Below are positions 25,839-34,266 of a DNA stretch of 58,120 nucleotides, piece by piece. This DNA is from an uncultured Flavobacteriales bacterium (lineage in GTDB: Bacteria > Bacteroidota > Bacteroidia > Flavobacteriales_D > CAJJDF01): the NCBI GenBank assembly GCA_938009745.1, contig CALLII010000058.1, positions 1 to 58,120 on the forward strand. The letters run 5' to 3'. The notes beneath the pieces were generated by a model. That model did not search any database. It saw only the letters and a list, made by a program, of their open reading frames with translations, and was not told the origin of the DNA. Both the position numbers and the translations under genes were made by a program. Position 1 is the first letter of the stretch. Every line of letters starts with the position of its first letter.

Positions 25839-28631
25839 ATGGAACAAGAAGAAAAGAAGATATTTTTATTAGACGCTTACGCATTAATTTTTAGAGCTTA
25901 TTACGCGTTTATTAAAAATCCTAGAATAAATTCTAAAGGATTTAATACTTCGGCAGTGTTAGGGTTCACCAATTCTATGTTGGATATTATTAATAACCAA
26001 AAACCAACTCACTTAGCAGTAGTTTTTGATTATCCTGCAGCAACTTTTAGAACCAAAGAATATCCAGCCTATAAAGCAAACAGACAAGAAACTCCAGAAG
26101 ATATTAAGCTTTCGGTTCCTGTAATTATGGAAGTGATAAAAGCTTTTAATATCCCAATCTTGATGAAAGAAGGATTTGAAGCTGATGATGTAATAGGAAC
26201 ATTATCTGTAATGGCAGAAAAAGCTGGGTTTATAACTTATATGATGACTCCAGATAAGGATTTTGCTCAGTTGGTGACTGATAAAGTATTTATGCACAAA
26301 CCGCCAAGAGGAGGGAAGCCTGCTGAAATTTGGGGAGTGGATGAAGTAAAAGAAGCTTTTGGTGTGGAAGATCCAAAGCAAGTAATTGATATTTTGGGAT
26401 TGATGGGAGATTCTGCGGATAATATTCCTGGGATTCCTGGAGTAGGTCCAGTGGCAGCTAAAAAGCTGATAGGATTGTATGGTTCGGTTGAAAATATTAT
26501 TGCAAATGCCGATAAACTGAAAGGAAAGCAAAAAGAAAATGTAATTGAATTTGCAGAGCAAGGAATAATGTCCAAAATGTTGGCAACCATCATATTGGAT
26601 GTCCCTGTAGAGTTTAATGAGGATGATTTGAAAATGTGCGAGCCTAATAAGGATAAGGTAATTGAACTATTCAGTGAATTAGAATTCAGAACCCTTACTA
26701 AAAGAATATTTGGAGTAGATGTAGTGCAGACACAAACTGGAGACCAATTGGATATGTTTTCGGTAAATGTTCCTAAAACTGAGGCGGAACAGATTCCTGT
26801 TGCACCCTCAGAATTAAAAACTCTGGCAGACACAGAAACGAATTATTCTTTAATAGATACGAAAGAGAAAAGAGAGGAGTTAATTGATAAACTGATGAAA
26901 GAAAAATCAGTTTGTTTTGATACCGAAACAACTTCTTTGGATTCGCTTAACGCAAAATTAGTTGGAATCGCTTTTTCATACAAACAAGGAGAAGCATTTT
27001 ACGTTTCTATTCCTCAAGAAGAAAAAGAAGCGCAAGAAATAGCCAATGAGTTCAAACCATTTTTTGAGAATGAAAGCATAGAGAAAATAGCACATAATTT
27101 AAAATATGATTTGGCTGTAATCAAGAATTACGGAATAGAAATAAAAGGAGACACTTTTGATACCATGATTGCTCATTATCTGATTCAACCGGATATGAGG
27201 CACAACATGGATTTATTGGCAGAAACTTATTTGGCTTATAAGCCAGTTTCTATAGAGACTTTGATTGGTAAAAAAGGAAAGAACCAGAAAAGCATGGCAG
27301 ATTTGGAACCGGCCGAAGTTTCCGATTATGCCTGCGAAGATGCTGATGTTACTTTTCAATTAAAACAATTATTTGCACCTAAATTAGCTGAAACGGATAC
27401 AGAGAAACTGTACAAAGAAATTGAAGCTCCATTGGTTCCTGTATTGGAAAAAATGGAAAGAGAAGGGATTAATTTAGATGTTCCAGCTTTGGCAGAGTTC
27501 TCCAAAGAACTGGAAACTGATTTAGTGAAGTTAGAGACTGATATTAAAGAAATGGCTGGAGTTGAAGAATTTAATCTGGATTCGCCAAAACAGCTTGGAG
27601 AAGTGTTGTTCGAGAAAATGGAGATTGATGTAAAAGCTAAAAAAACCAAAACAGGTCAATACTCTACAAGTGAGGACACATTGAGCAAAATGGTTGGAAA
27701 GCACGAGATATTTGAATTGATTTTGGAATACCGTTCACTGAAGAAATTGAAGTCTACTTATGTAGATGCATTGCCCTTGTTAATTGATGAGAAGACCAAA
27801 AGAATTCACACCAGTTACATGCAAACTGTTGCAGCAACTGGGAGGTTGAGTTCTGTGAATCCTAATCTTCAAAACATTCCTATCCGAACAGAGAAAGGAA
27901 GAATGATACGAAAAGCATTTATTCCAAGAGATGAAAATTATACTTTGTTAGCGGCCGATTACTCTCAAATAGAATTGAGAATTATTGCAGCTTTAAGCGA
28001 AGATCAAGGAATGATAGAAGCATTTAATTCTGGTCACGATATTCATACAGCAACAGCAGCTAAGGTTTTTGATGTTGCAATGGAAGAGGTAGATAGAGAA
28101 ATGAGAAGTAAAGCCAAAATGGTGAATTTTGGAATTATCTACGGAATTTCTGCATTTGGATTGGGACAAAGATTGTCTATTCCAAGAAAAGAAGCCAAAG
28201 AGATTATAGAAAGTTATTTTGCAAAATATCCAAAAATTAAATCCTACATGGATGAAGTGGTGGTAACCGCAAAAGAAAAAGGATACGTAGAAACATTACT
28301 AGGAAGAAGAAGAAACTTGAAAGACATAAATTCTGCCAATGCGATTGTAAGAAGTCACGCAGAGCGAAATGCAATTAATGCACCTATACAAGGAACTGCT
28401 GCTGATATTGTAAAGATTGCCATGATAAATGTGCAAAACGAAATGGAAGTGAAAGGATTAAAATCAAAAATGCTGCTTCAGGTTCATGATGAATTGGTGT
28501 TTGATGTAGAGAAAAGTGAAGTTGAGGTAATGAAGGAATTAGTAAAAAAGAACATGGAAGGAGCAGTGAAAATTGCAGTACCTTTGGATGTAGAAATGAG
28601 TACAGGAGATAATTGGTTACAAGCTCACTAG
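25839..28631 (+). CDS. polA: DNA polymerase I
   Basis: 5'-nuclease N-terminus (LLDAYALIFRAYYA, GIPGVGPVAAKKL), a 3'-5' exo-like middle region, and family-A pol motifs (DYSQIELRI, RSKAKMVNFGIIYG, QVHDELVF). The ATG at 25839 starts 1 nt after the rsmA stop, so it is preferred over 25818. Confidence 0.95.
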   Translation: MEQEEKKIFLLDAYALIFRAYYAFIKNPRINSKGFNTSAVLGFTNSMLDIINNQKPTHLAVVFDYPAATFRTKEYPAYKANRQETPEDIKLSVPVIMEVIKAFNIPILMKEGFEADDVIGTLSVMAEKAGFITYMMTPDKDFAQLVTDKVFMHKPPRGGKPAEIWGVDEVKEAFGVEDPKQVIDILGLMGDSADNIPGIPGVGPVAAKKLIGLYGSVENIIANADKLKGKQKENVIEFAEQGIMSKMLATIILDVPVEFNEDDLKMCEPNKDKVIELFSELEFRTLTKRIFGVDVVQTQTGDQLDMFSVNVPKTEAEQIPVAPSELKTLADTETNYSLIDTKEKREELIDKLMKEKSVCFDTETTSLDSLNAKLVGIAFSYKQGEAFYVSIPQEEKEAQEIANEFKPFFENESIEKIAHNLKYDLAVIKNYGIEIKGDTFDTMIAHYLIQPDMRHNMDLLAETYLAYKPVSIETLIGKKGKNQKSMADLEPAEVSDYACEDADVTFQLKQLFAPKLAETDTEKLYKEIEAPLVPVLEKMEREGINLDVPALAEFSKELETDLVKLETDIKEMAGVEEFNLDSPKQLGEVLFEKMEIDVKAKKTKTGQYSTSEDTLSKMVGKHEIFELILEYRSLKKLKSTYVDALPLLIDEKTKRIHTSYMQTVAATGRLSSVNPNLQNIPIRTEKGRMIRKAFIPRDENYTLLAADYSQIELRIIAALSEDQGMIEAFNSGHDIHTATAAKVFDVAMEEVDREMRSKAKMVNFGIIYGISAFGLGQRLSIPRKEAKEIIESYFAKYPKIKSYMDEVVVTAKEKGYVETLLGRRRNLKDINSANAIVRSHAERNAINAPIQGTAADIVKIAMINVQNEMEVKGLKSKMLLQVHDELVFDVEKSEVEVMKELVKKNMEGAVKIAVPLDVEMSTGDNWLQAH

Positions 28632-28639
28632 AAAACTGA

Positions 28640-28665
28640 ACCCTGAGGGTTTTATTTTGTTTTTT
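28640..28665 (+). terminator. Probable rho-independent terminator after polA
   Basis: Short aaccc-tga-gggtt hairpin followed by a T-rich run. Confidence 0.55.
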
Positions 28666-28710
28666 ACGAAATAAAATGTCTCGAAGGGTGACTTAATAAA
28701 ACAATAAAGT

Positions 28711-29001
28711 ATGCTATCAAATAACGATATAATGAAAAAGCTAAGAGTAGCTCATAAAATGAGAGATGAGGATATTCTTAAGGTGCTGGAATTAGTTGAC
28801 TTCAAAATGACTAAGCCAGAGTTGAATGCAATTTTTCAAAAAGAAGACCATAAAAACTACCAAGAATGTGGCGATCAATTATTGCGTAATTTCTTGAATG
28901 GATTAATTATTCACATGAGAGGACCAATGCCAAAAAAAGAAGACAAGCCTGCTCCAAAGAAAGCTTTTACAAAGTCGCATCCAGGAAAAAGAAGAGATTA
29001 G
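28711..29001 (+). CDS. DUF1456 (YehS-like) family protein
   Basis: 96 aa. NDIMKKLRVAHKMRDEDILKVLELVDFKMTKPELNAIF resembles the DUF1456 repeat. Basic C-terminal tail. Confidence 0.65.
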   Translation: MLSNNDIMKKLRVAHKMRDEDILKVLELVDFKMTKPELNAIFQKEDHKNYQECGDQLLRNFLNGLIIHMRGPMPKKEDKPAPKKAFTKSHPGKRRD

Positions 29002-29315
29002 TTAATCCACAAACAATCAAGCCAATCGGTTAACATATGAAATAATAAACCGATTGCTACTATCCTTGTTTTACTCCAGAATAGCCCTAGAATATAAATC
29101 CCAATTGCCAAGTAGGAGTGAAGTGGATGGAAGTTTATACTACATCTATTAGGATCAAATATTTTTTCTGCTAATAAATGGTCTAGGTCTACTAACATTG
29201 TGGTAAGAAATATTAAATAAACCACTTTCCATTTTTTTCGAAAAAAGACAAAAGAAATTAAAGCAGGGAAAATAAAATGTAATCCATAATGAATTGTAAA
29301 TTGGAGGAATTCCAT
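28998..29315 (-). CDS. Small integral membrane protein (DUF6122-like)
   Basis: 105 aa with 3-4 TM helices and conserved-looking His/Asp residues (HYGLHFIFP, LVDLDHLL, LFHMLTDWLD). It shares one nucleotide (29315) with the upstream zinc-ribbon gene. Confidence 0.55.
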   Translation of the reverse strand: MEFLQFTIHYGLHFIFPALISFVFFRKKWKVVYLIFLTTMLVDLDHLLAEKIFDPNRCSINFHPLHSYLAIGIYILGLFWSKTRIVAIGLLFHMLTDWLDCLWIN

Positions 29316-29542
29316 TATTCAGCTTTCCAAATAGTGTTACAAGAAGTACATTTTATTTGTGGTGCTTTATTCAATAAAACTCTATAAGTAAGAACACCTT
29401 CTTTGCAAACATAGCATGTCATTGTTGGACTCATTCGCTTTCTTTTTTGGTAAGCTTTTACTCTGCAATTGGTAGAGCAAAATTTCTTAGCCTTTTGATT
29501 TTTTATTGTGATTTCTTTTTTACAAAATTGACAAGCAGCCAT
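29315..29542 (-). CDS. Small double zinc-ribbon protein (FCS/TRASH-like CxxC...FCSxxC plus a second CxxC...CxxC)
   Basis: MAACQFCKK..KKFCSTNCRVKAYQKRK..CYVCKEG..CTSCNTIW. The start is chosen at the internal ATG because the upstream 17 codons look non-coding. Confidence 0.5.
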   Translation of the reverse strand: MAACQFCKKEITIKNQKAKKFCSTNCRVKAYQKRKRMSPTMTCYVCKEGVLTYRVLLNKAPQIKCTSCNTIWKAE

Positions 29543-29761
29543 TGTTTTATTTTTAGTGAATCCAATAATAACGAAAAGATTATTTTTTACCAATCAAAAA
29601 AAGTAAAATGACTATTTTGATATAAATATGAAAAAATAACGGTTTAATTTTTACAACACTTTTTTTTATCCAAAGTAGTAATACTCATTTTTTTAGCACT
29701 GCTTTCTTGGTTTACTCAAAAAAAATATTAATTTTGATAACACATTTGTAAAAAAAATAAA

Positions 29762-29986
29762 ATGAAAAAAACAGCAATAATTATAGGTTTTGGTTTAATG
29801 CTACTAGCTAGTTGTGCAAAAGATTATACTTGCCAGTGCACATTTACCGATTCTAGCCCTACTACTCCATTGGATGATGTTGTAAGCGAAACAGTCATTA
29901 CAGGAAAGAAAAATGACGCTAGAACTACTTGCGAAAGAGGGTCAGAAGTTGATGGTTATTATGCAACAACATGCGTGATTAAGTAA
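29762..29986 (+). CDS. Small Cys-rich lipoprotein
   Basis: 74 aa with lipobox LLASC, then four further Cys (CQC...C...C). Confidence 0.6.
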   Translation: MKKTAIIIGFGLMLLASCAKDYTCQCTFTDSSPTTPLDDVVSETVITGKKNDARTTCERGSEVDGYYATTCVIK

Positions 29987-30063
29987 TTAATTATCATTTA
30001 ATTCGATAAATAAATATATATATAGTATTTTAGTACATTATTAATACAGAAAAACTCAATAAT

Positions 30064-30831
30064 ATGAAAAAAATAGTTTGGTCAATGATCATAATGGGAG
30101 CTTTGGTTTCTTGTAAGAAAACATCTCCAGTAGAAGATACAGATGGTACTTTGGTAGTAGCAGAAAAAAACATGAGTGTTGTTGCAAAAAGAACAGCAAC
30201 TTGGTGTGGACCATGTGGAGATTGGGGTTTCCCAGCATTTGAAGTGTTGGAAGACGAATTTAAAGGTGAAGCAGTATTTATGGCATGGAAAGATGCATTC
30301 GTAACTACTTCAGGAAGTGATTTGTTTGATGCAGTAGGTCCTCAGTTTAGTTTAGGAGGAGGTGTACCAACTTTCTTTAATAACTTTCAAGCAAGTAACG
30401 GAGATTCATTAATCGAACAACACAATGATGGTTTTGTAACTGCTAACTCTAACTACGATTTACAAGTAAACGGGCAAAATGTAACTTTAAAAACTACAAC
30501 TAAGTTTTTTACTGATGTTGAAGGAGTATATTATTTAGCTCCGTACATGATTGTAGATGGAATCGTAGGATACCAAAATGGTCATGCTGATGGAAACAAT
30601 ACTGTTCACCATAAGTATGTTGCAGGAATTGCAAAGCCTTTATCTGTTTCTGATGATGAAAACTTTGGATATCAAATTACAAGTAATGGTGCAAGAATGG
30701 GTCAAACTGTAAACTTGGACTTTACTATGAAAAGAGATGTAACTTGGGATGCTAAGGATATCTCATTTGGAGTTGTTATTTTCAAGCAGCAGTCTTGGGG
30801 ATTACAGTTCGTGAATGCATTTACAAAGTAA
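30064..30831 (+). CDS. Omp28-related lipoprotein with a thioredoxin-type WCGPC motif
   Basis: Lipobox LVSC, then RTATWCGPCGDWGFP about 25 residues after the lipid Cys. 255 aa. Same architecture as the gene at 41727-42500. Confidence 0.6.
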   Translation: MKKIVWSMIIMGALVSCKKTSPVEDTDGTLVVAEKNMSVVAKRTATWCGPCGDWGFPAFEVLEDEFKGEAVFMAWKDAFVTTSGSDLFDAVGPQFSLGGGVPTFFNNFQASNGDSLIEQHNDGFVTANSNYDLQVNGQNVTLKTTTKFFTDVEGVYYLAPYMIVDGIVGYQNGHADGNNTVHHKYVAGIAKPLSVSDDENFGYQITSNGARMGQTVNLDFTMKRDVTWDAKDISFGVVIFKQQSWGLQFVNAFTK

Positions 30832-30853
30832 AAACTTCATTATTCTAAATAGA

Positions 30854-31603
30854 ATGAAAAAAATATTTTTAATACTAACGCTCATGTCTCTGACTATGAG
30901 CGTTTTTTCTCAAGTTAAGTTTGGAGTAAGAGCAGGTGTAGGTTACTACATGGTTCCTCAGTCTAATACAGGCGAAAGAATCAAAACGATACCTGTGAAG
31001 CCTACAGACCAAAGTACAATGGAGCTTTTATACTCTAAGAATAATGGGATTGGATACAATTTCGGTTTGTTTTTAGAGATTCCAGTTGCAGATAACTTTT
31101 CAATTCAAATTGAACCTTCTTATGCATTCAGAAATTACAATGAGGTCCTTACAGATTTCGAAGTAGATACATTGCTAAGTGTTCAGTATGAAAATTATAT
31201 TTTTAATAAACTTTCTTATTTTGAACTTCCTGTATTGTTTAAATACAACATGAGACCAAACACTGGAAGATATGGAAGGAAAAGTTATTTTAGTGTATTT
31301 GGAGGAGCTCAATTAGGTTTGTTTTTGAATAAATCTGAAGAGAATAGACTTACATCTATTGTTAATATTTACGACCAAACTACTGTTAATACTGATGGAA
31401 CTGTAAGAGCAAATGGTTTGTCATTGGAGTATAATCCAATTGATATTGCTGCAGTAGCAGGTATTATGTATGATTTTGAAAAAGGATTAAGATTTGGAGT
31501 AAGATATGTAGGTAGCTTAATGCCTGTTAATTCAAATATTAATTTTAATATTTATCATCATTCTGTTCAAATGACTGTAGGATTTAACTTTATTCCTCAG
31601 TAA
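30854..31603 (+). CDS. Outer-membrane beta-barrel (porin-family / OMP_b-brl_2-like) protein
   Basis: Signal peptide MKKIFLILTLMSLTMSVFSQ, then VKFGVRAGVGY alternating-strand patterns throughout. The start is chosen at MKKIF (30854) rather than 30815. Confidence 0.7.
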   Translation: MKKIFLILTLMSLTMSVFSQVKFGVRAGVGYYMVPQSNTGERIKTIPVKPTDQSTMELLYSKNNGIGYNFGLFLEIPVADNFSIQIEPSYAFRNYNEVLTDFEVDTLLSVQYENYIFNKLSYFELPVLFKYNMRPNTGRYGRKSYFSVFGGAQLGLFLNKSEENRLTSIVNIYDQTTVNTDGTVRANGLSLEYNPIDIAAVAGIMYDFEKGLRFGVRYVGSLMPVNSNINFNIYHHSVQMTVGFNFIPQ

Positions 31604-31627
31604 AATTTAGTTCACAATTTTTTTAAA

Positions 31628-31656
31628 AGGCATCAACTTAGTTGATGCCTTTTTTG
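31628..31656 (+). terminator. Rho-independent terminator
   Basis: aggcatcaac-tta-gttgatgcct perfect hairpin followed by T5. Confidence 0.8.
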
Positions 31657-31657
31657 T

Positions 31658-31764
31658 TTATTAACAAAGCAATAACTAATTGTTAATAATAATCACTACC
31701 TTTGTACCGAAATAAGGATTTCTTAAACCAAGTATTGTCGAATCACTGTGTTTTTTTAAGAAAT
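31658..31764 (+). promoter_or_regulatory. Structured leader or operator region upstream of the DEAD-box helicase gene (two perfect 10-bp inverted repeats)
   Basis: ttattaacaa(31658-31667)/ttgttaataa(31680-31689) and atttcttaaa(31718-31727)/tttaagaaat(31755-31764). aatcact occurs twice. Confidence 0.3.
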
Positions 31765-31798
31765 TTTTATTCGTAAATATTAATTAAAAAAATCAGAA

Positions 31799-33592
31799 AT
31801 GACATTTAAAGAACTTGGCCTCAAACAAGAGGTACTTGATGCTGTCGCATCTTTAGGTTTTACAGAACCTTCACCTATTCAAGAAGAAGCAATTCCTCAA
31901 TTATTATCCCAAGAAAAAGACTTAGTAGGTCTTGCCCAAACTGGTACTGGTAAAACTGCAGCCTTTGGTTTACCAATGGTAAATCAAGTTGATTTCGAAT
32001 TGAAAAAAACTCAAGGTTTGGTAATATGTCCAACAAGAGAGTTGTGCATTCAAATTAGTAAAGATTTTCAAGCGTTTTCAAGAAATTTCAGAAATGCTAA
32101 TATTGTTCCAATATATGGGGGAGCAAGTATTGATACTCAAATTAGGCAAATGAATAGAGGGGCTCAAATTGTTGTTGCCACTCCAGGAAGACTAATGGAC
32201 ATGATTAAAAGAAAAAGAGTTGATCTTTCTCAAGTTAGTTATGTTGCACTTGATGAAGCAGATGAAATGCTTAACATGGGTTTTAAAGAAGATATTGATA
32301 GTATCTTAAGTAATACTCCAGATACTAAGCAAACTTGGCTGTTTTCGGCCACAATGCCTAGAGAAGTTGTAAGGATAGCCAAAACTTACATGACGGATCC
32401 TATTGAGATAACAGTAGGAACAAAAAATGCTACTGCTAAGAATATTGAACACCAATATTTTAGAGTGAATGATAGAGATAGATTTGATGGACTGAAAAGA
32501 ATTATTGATTTTGAACCAGATATGTATGGAGTTATCTTCTGTAGAACTAGAAGAGAAACTGCTGAAGTTGCAGAGAAATTGATGAAAAACAATTACAGTG
32601 CTGAACCACTTCACGGAGAATTATCACAAGCTCAAAGAGATAGAGTAATGAGATCTTTCCGTAAAAAAGACATTCAATTATTAGTTGCAACAGATGTTGC
32701 AGCAAGAGGAATAGATGTTGATGATATTACTCACGTAATAAACTATAATTTACCAGATGAGATTGAAAGTTATACTCACAGATCTGGAAGAACTGCAAGA
32801 GCTGGAAAGAAAGGTGTTTCAATGTTATTATTAAATAATAGGGAGGCTAATAAATTAAGGCAAATTGAAAGAATAATTAATACCGAAATTAAACAAGCTA
32901 AATTTCCAACTGGAGAAGATATTTGCAAAAAACAATTATTACAATTAGTTGATAAAGTTGTTGCTGTAGAAGTTAAAGAAGATCAGATTAATCAATATTT
33001 GTCTGCTATTGAAGAGAAATTTGCTGATTTATCAAAAGAGGAAATAATCAAGAAATTTGTTTCTGCTGAATTCAATAAATTTTTATCCTACTACGAAAGA
33101 ACTCGTGATATTAACGATACTTCTACTTCAAGTAGAGGAGGTGATAGAGATAGAGGTAGAGGGAACGATAGAAGAAGAGGCGATAGAGATGGTGGAAGAG
33201 ATAGAAGTAGAGGTGACAGAAGAGAAAGAAGCCCAAGAGGTGAAAGAAGCGATAGGGGTGAAAGAAGAGAAAGATCTCCAAGGAGTGATAGAAGCGAAAG
33301 ATCTGATAGAAGTGATAGAGGTGGAGATGGATTTAACAGAAATGTAGATGGAGAATCGACTACTTTATTTCTTAATGTAGGAATGAAAGATTTTTCTGAT
33401 AAAGGACATTTAATTAGAATCTTATGCCAAGAAGGAGGTGTGGCTGGAAAAAACTTAGGTCGTATTCGTATGATGGATAGCTTTAGTTTTGTTGATGTAG
33501 CTCCAAAAATTGCTGGAAAATTATTGAAAGGAATTAATGGTGTTGAGATTGAGGGAGGAAGAAAAATGAGAGCAGAGGTTTCTAATCAGTAG
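31799..33592 (+). CDS. deaD: DEAD-box ATP-dependent RNA helicase (DeaD/CsdA-like) with an Arg/Asp-rich spacer and a DbpA-type C-terminal RNA-binding domain
   Basis: Q-motif GFTEPSPIQ, AQTGTGKT, DEAD (LDEADEML), SAT and HRSGRTARAG. C-terminal TLFLNVGMKD...FSFVDV. Confidence 0.95.
   Translation: MTFKELGLKQEVLDAVASLGFTEPSPIQEEAIPQLLSQEKDLVGLAQTGTGKTAAFGLPMVNQVDFELKKTQGLVICPTRELCIQISKDFQAFSRNFRNANIVPIYGGASIDTQIRQMNRGAQIVVATPGRLMDMIKRKRVDLSQVSYVALDEADEMLNMGFKEDIDSILSNTPDTKQTWLFSATMPREVVRIAKTYMTDPIEITVGTKNATAKNIEHQYFRVNDRDRFDGLKRIIDFEPDMYGVIFCRTRRETAEVAEKLMKNNYSAEPLHGELSQAQRDRVMRSFRKKDIQLLVATDVAARGIDVDDITHVINYNLPDEIESYTHRSGRTARAGKKGVSMLLLNNREANKLRQIERIINTEIKQAKFPTGEDICKKQLLQLVDKVVAVEVKEDQINQYLSAIEEKFADLSKEEIIKKFVSAEFNKFLSYYERTRDINDTSTSSRGGDRDRGRGNDRRRGDRDGGRDRSRGDRRERSPRGERSDRGERRERSPRSDRSERSDRSDRGGDGFNRNVDGESTTLFLNVGMKDFSDKGHLIRILCQEGGVAGKNLGRIRMMDSFSFVDVAPKIAGKLLKGINGVEIEGGRKMRAEVSNQ
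33131..33330 (+). repeat. Low-complexity coding repeat (RGD/RSD/RER-rich tract) inside the helicase gene
   Basis: SRGGDRDRGRGNDRRRGDRDGGRDRSRGDRRERSPRGERSDRGERRERSPRSDRSERSDRSDRGGDG, encoded by reiterated gatagag/gaaaga units. Confidence 0.85.
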
Positions 33593-33609
33593 AAAATAAT
33601 AAAGTAACT

Positions 33610-33645
33610 AGGATAGTCAAATCACGTTTGGCTATCCTTTTTTTA
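33610..33645 (+). terminator. Rho-independent terminator after the helicase gene
   Basis: aggatagtc...ggctatcct stem followed by T7. Confidence 0.75.
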
Positions 33646-33687
33646 TGCGAGTTTAATTCGTATTTTTGATATTCAATTTTAATCGAA

Positions 33688-34266
33688 ATGTTTTTAGAAT
33701 CCCTTACCAATAGTAACGAAAAAAGAGGCTGGATAGAGGTTGTCTGTGGCTCTATGTTTTCGGGTAAGACGGAAGAATTGATTCGTAGGTTAAAAAGAGC
33801 AGAGTTTGCTCAACAATCAGTTGAAATTTTTAAACCTGCAATCGATACTCGTTATGATGATGATGATGTAGTAAGTCACAATGAAACTACTATTCGTTCT
33901 ACGCCAGTTACTTCTTCAAGAAATATTTTGTTATTGGGAGATGGAGTAGAAGTGATAGGAATTGATGAAGCTCAATTTTTTGATGAAGGATTAGTAGAAG
34001 TTTGTAATCAATTGGCTGATAATGGAGCAAGGGTAATTATTGCTGGTTTGGATATGGATTTTTCTGGAAAACCATTTGGTGTGATGCCAAAATTGATGGC
34101 AACAGCAGAGTACGTTACTAAAGTTCATGCAATTTGTGTAAAATGTGGAAGTTTAGCTCAATTTTCTCACAGAAAAACTGCTGATGAACAGCAAGTTATG
34201 CTCGGGGAAACAGAATCTTATGAACCATTATGTCGAGTATGTTTTAATAAATCAACCAAAATATAA
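33688..34266 (+). CDS. tdk: Thymidine kinase
   Basis: [12 protein letters not shown]-loop, IDEAQFF, and C-terminal zinc Cys pairs (CVKCG...CRVC). Confidence 0.95.
   Translation: MFLESLTNSNEKRGWIEVVCGSMFSGKTEELIRRLKRAEFAQQSVEIFKPAIDTRYDDDDVVSHNETTIRSTPVTSSRNILLLGDGVEVIGIDEAQFFDEGLVEVCNQLADNGARVIIAGLDMDFSGKPFGVMPKLMATAEYVTKVHAICVKCGSLAQFSHRKTADEQQVMLGETESYEPLCRVCFNKSTKI

Noticed and set aside
26267-26833. 188-aa antisense ORF (plus a 119-aa one at 26202-26561) inside polA, unusually long for an AT-rich genome
   Set aside because: The translation is Ser/Thr/Asn-rich low-complexity sequence, as expected opposite a Glu/Lys/Asp-rich coding strand. polA motifs are intact on the plus strand, and the antisense ORF has no promoter or terminator context.
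33057-33347. 96-aa alternative-frame ORF (E/V/I-rich) within the helicase gene
   Set aside because: It is a by-product of the reiterated gatagag/gaaaga repeats that encode the RD-rich tract. The helicase frame continues into a conserved DbpA-type domain.
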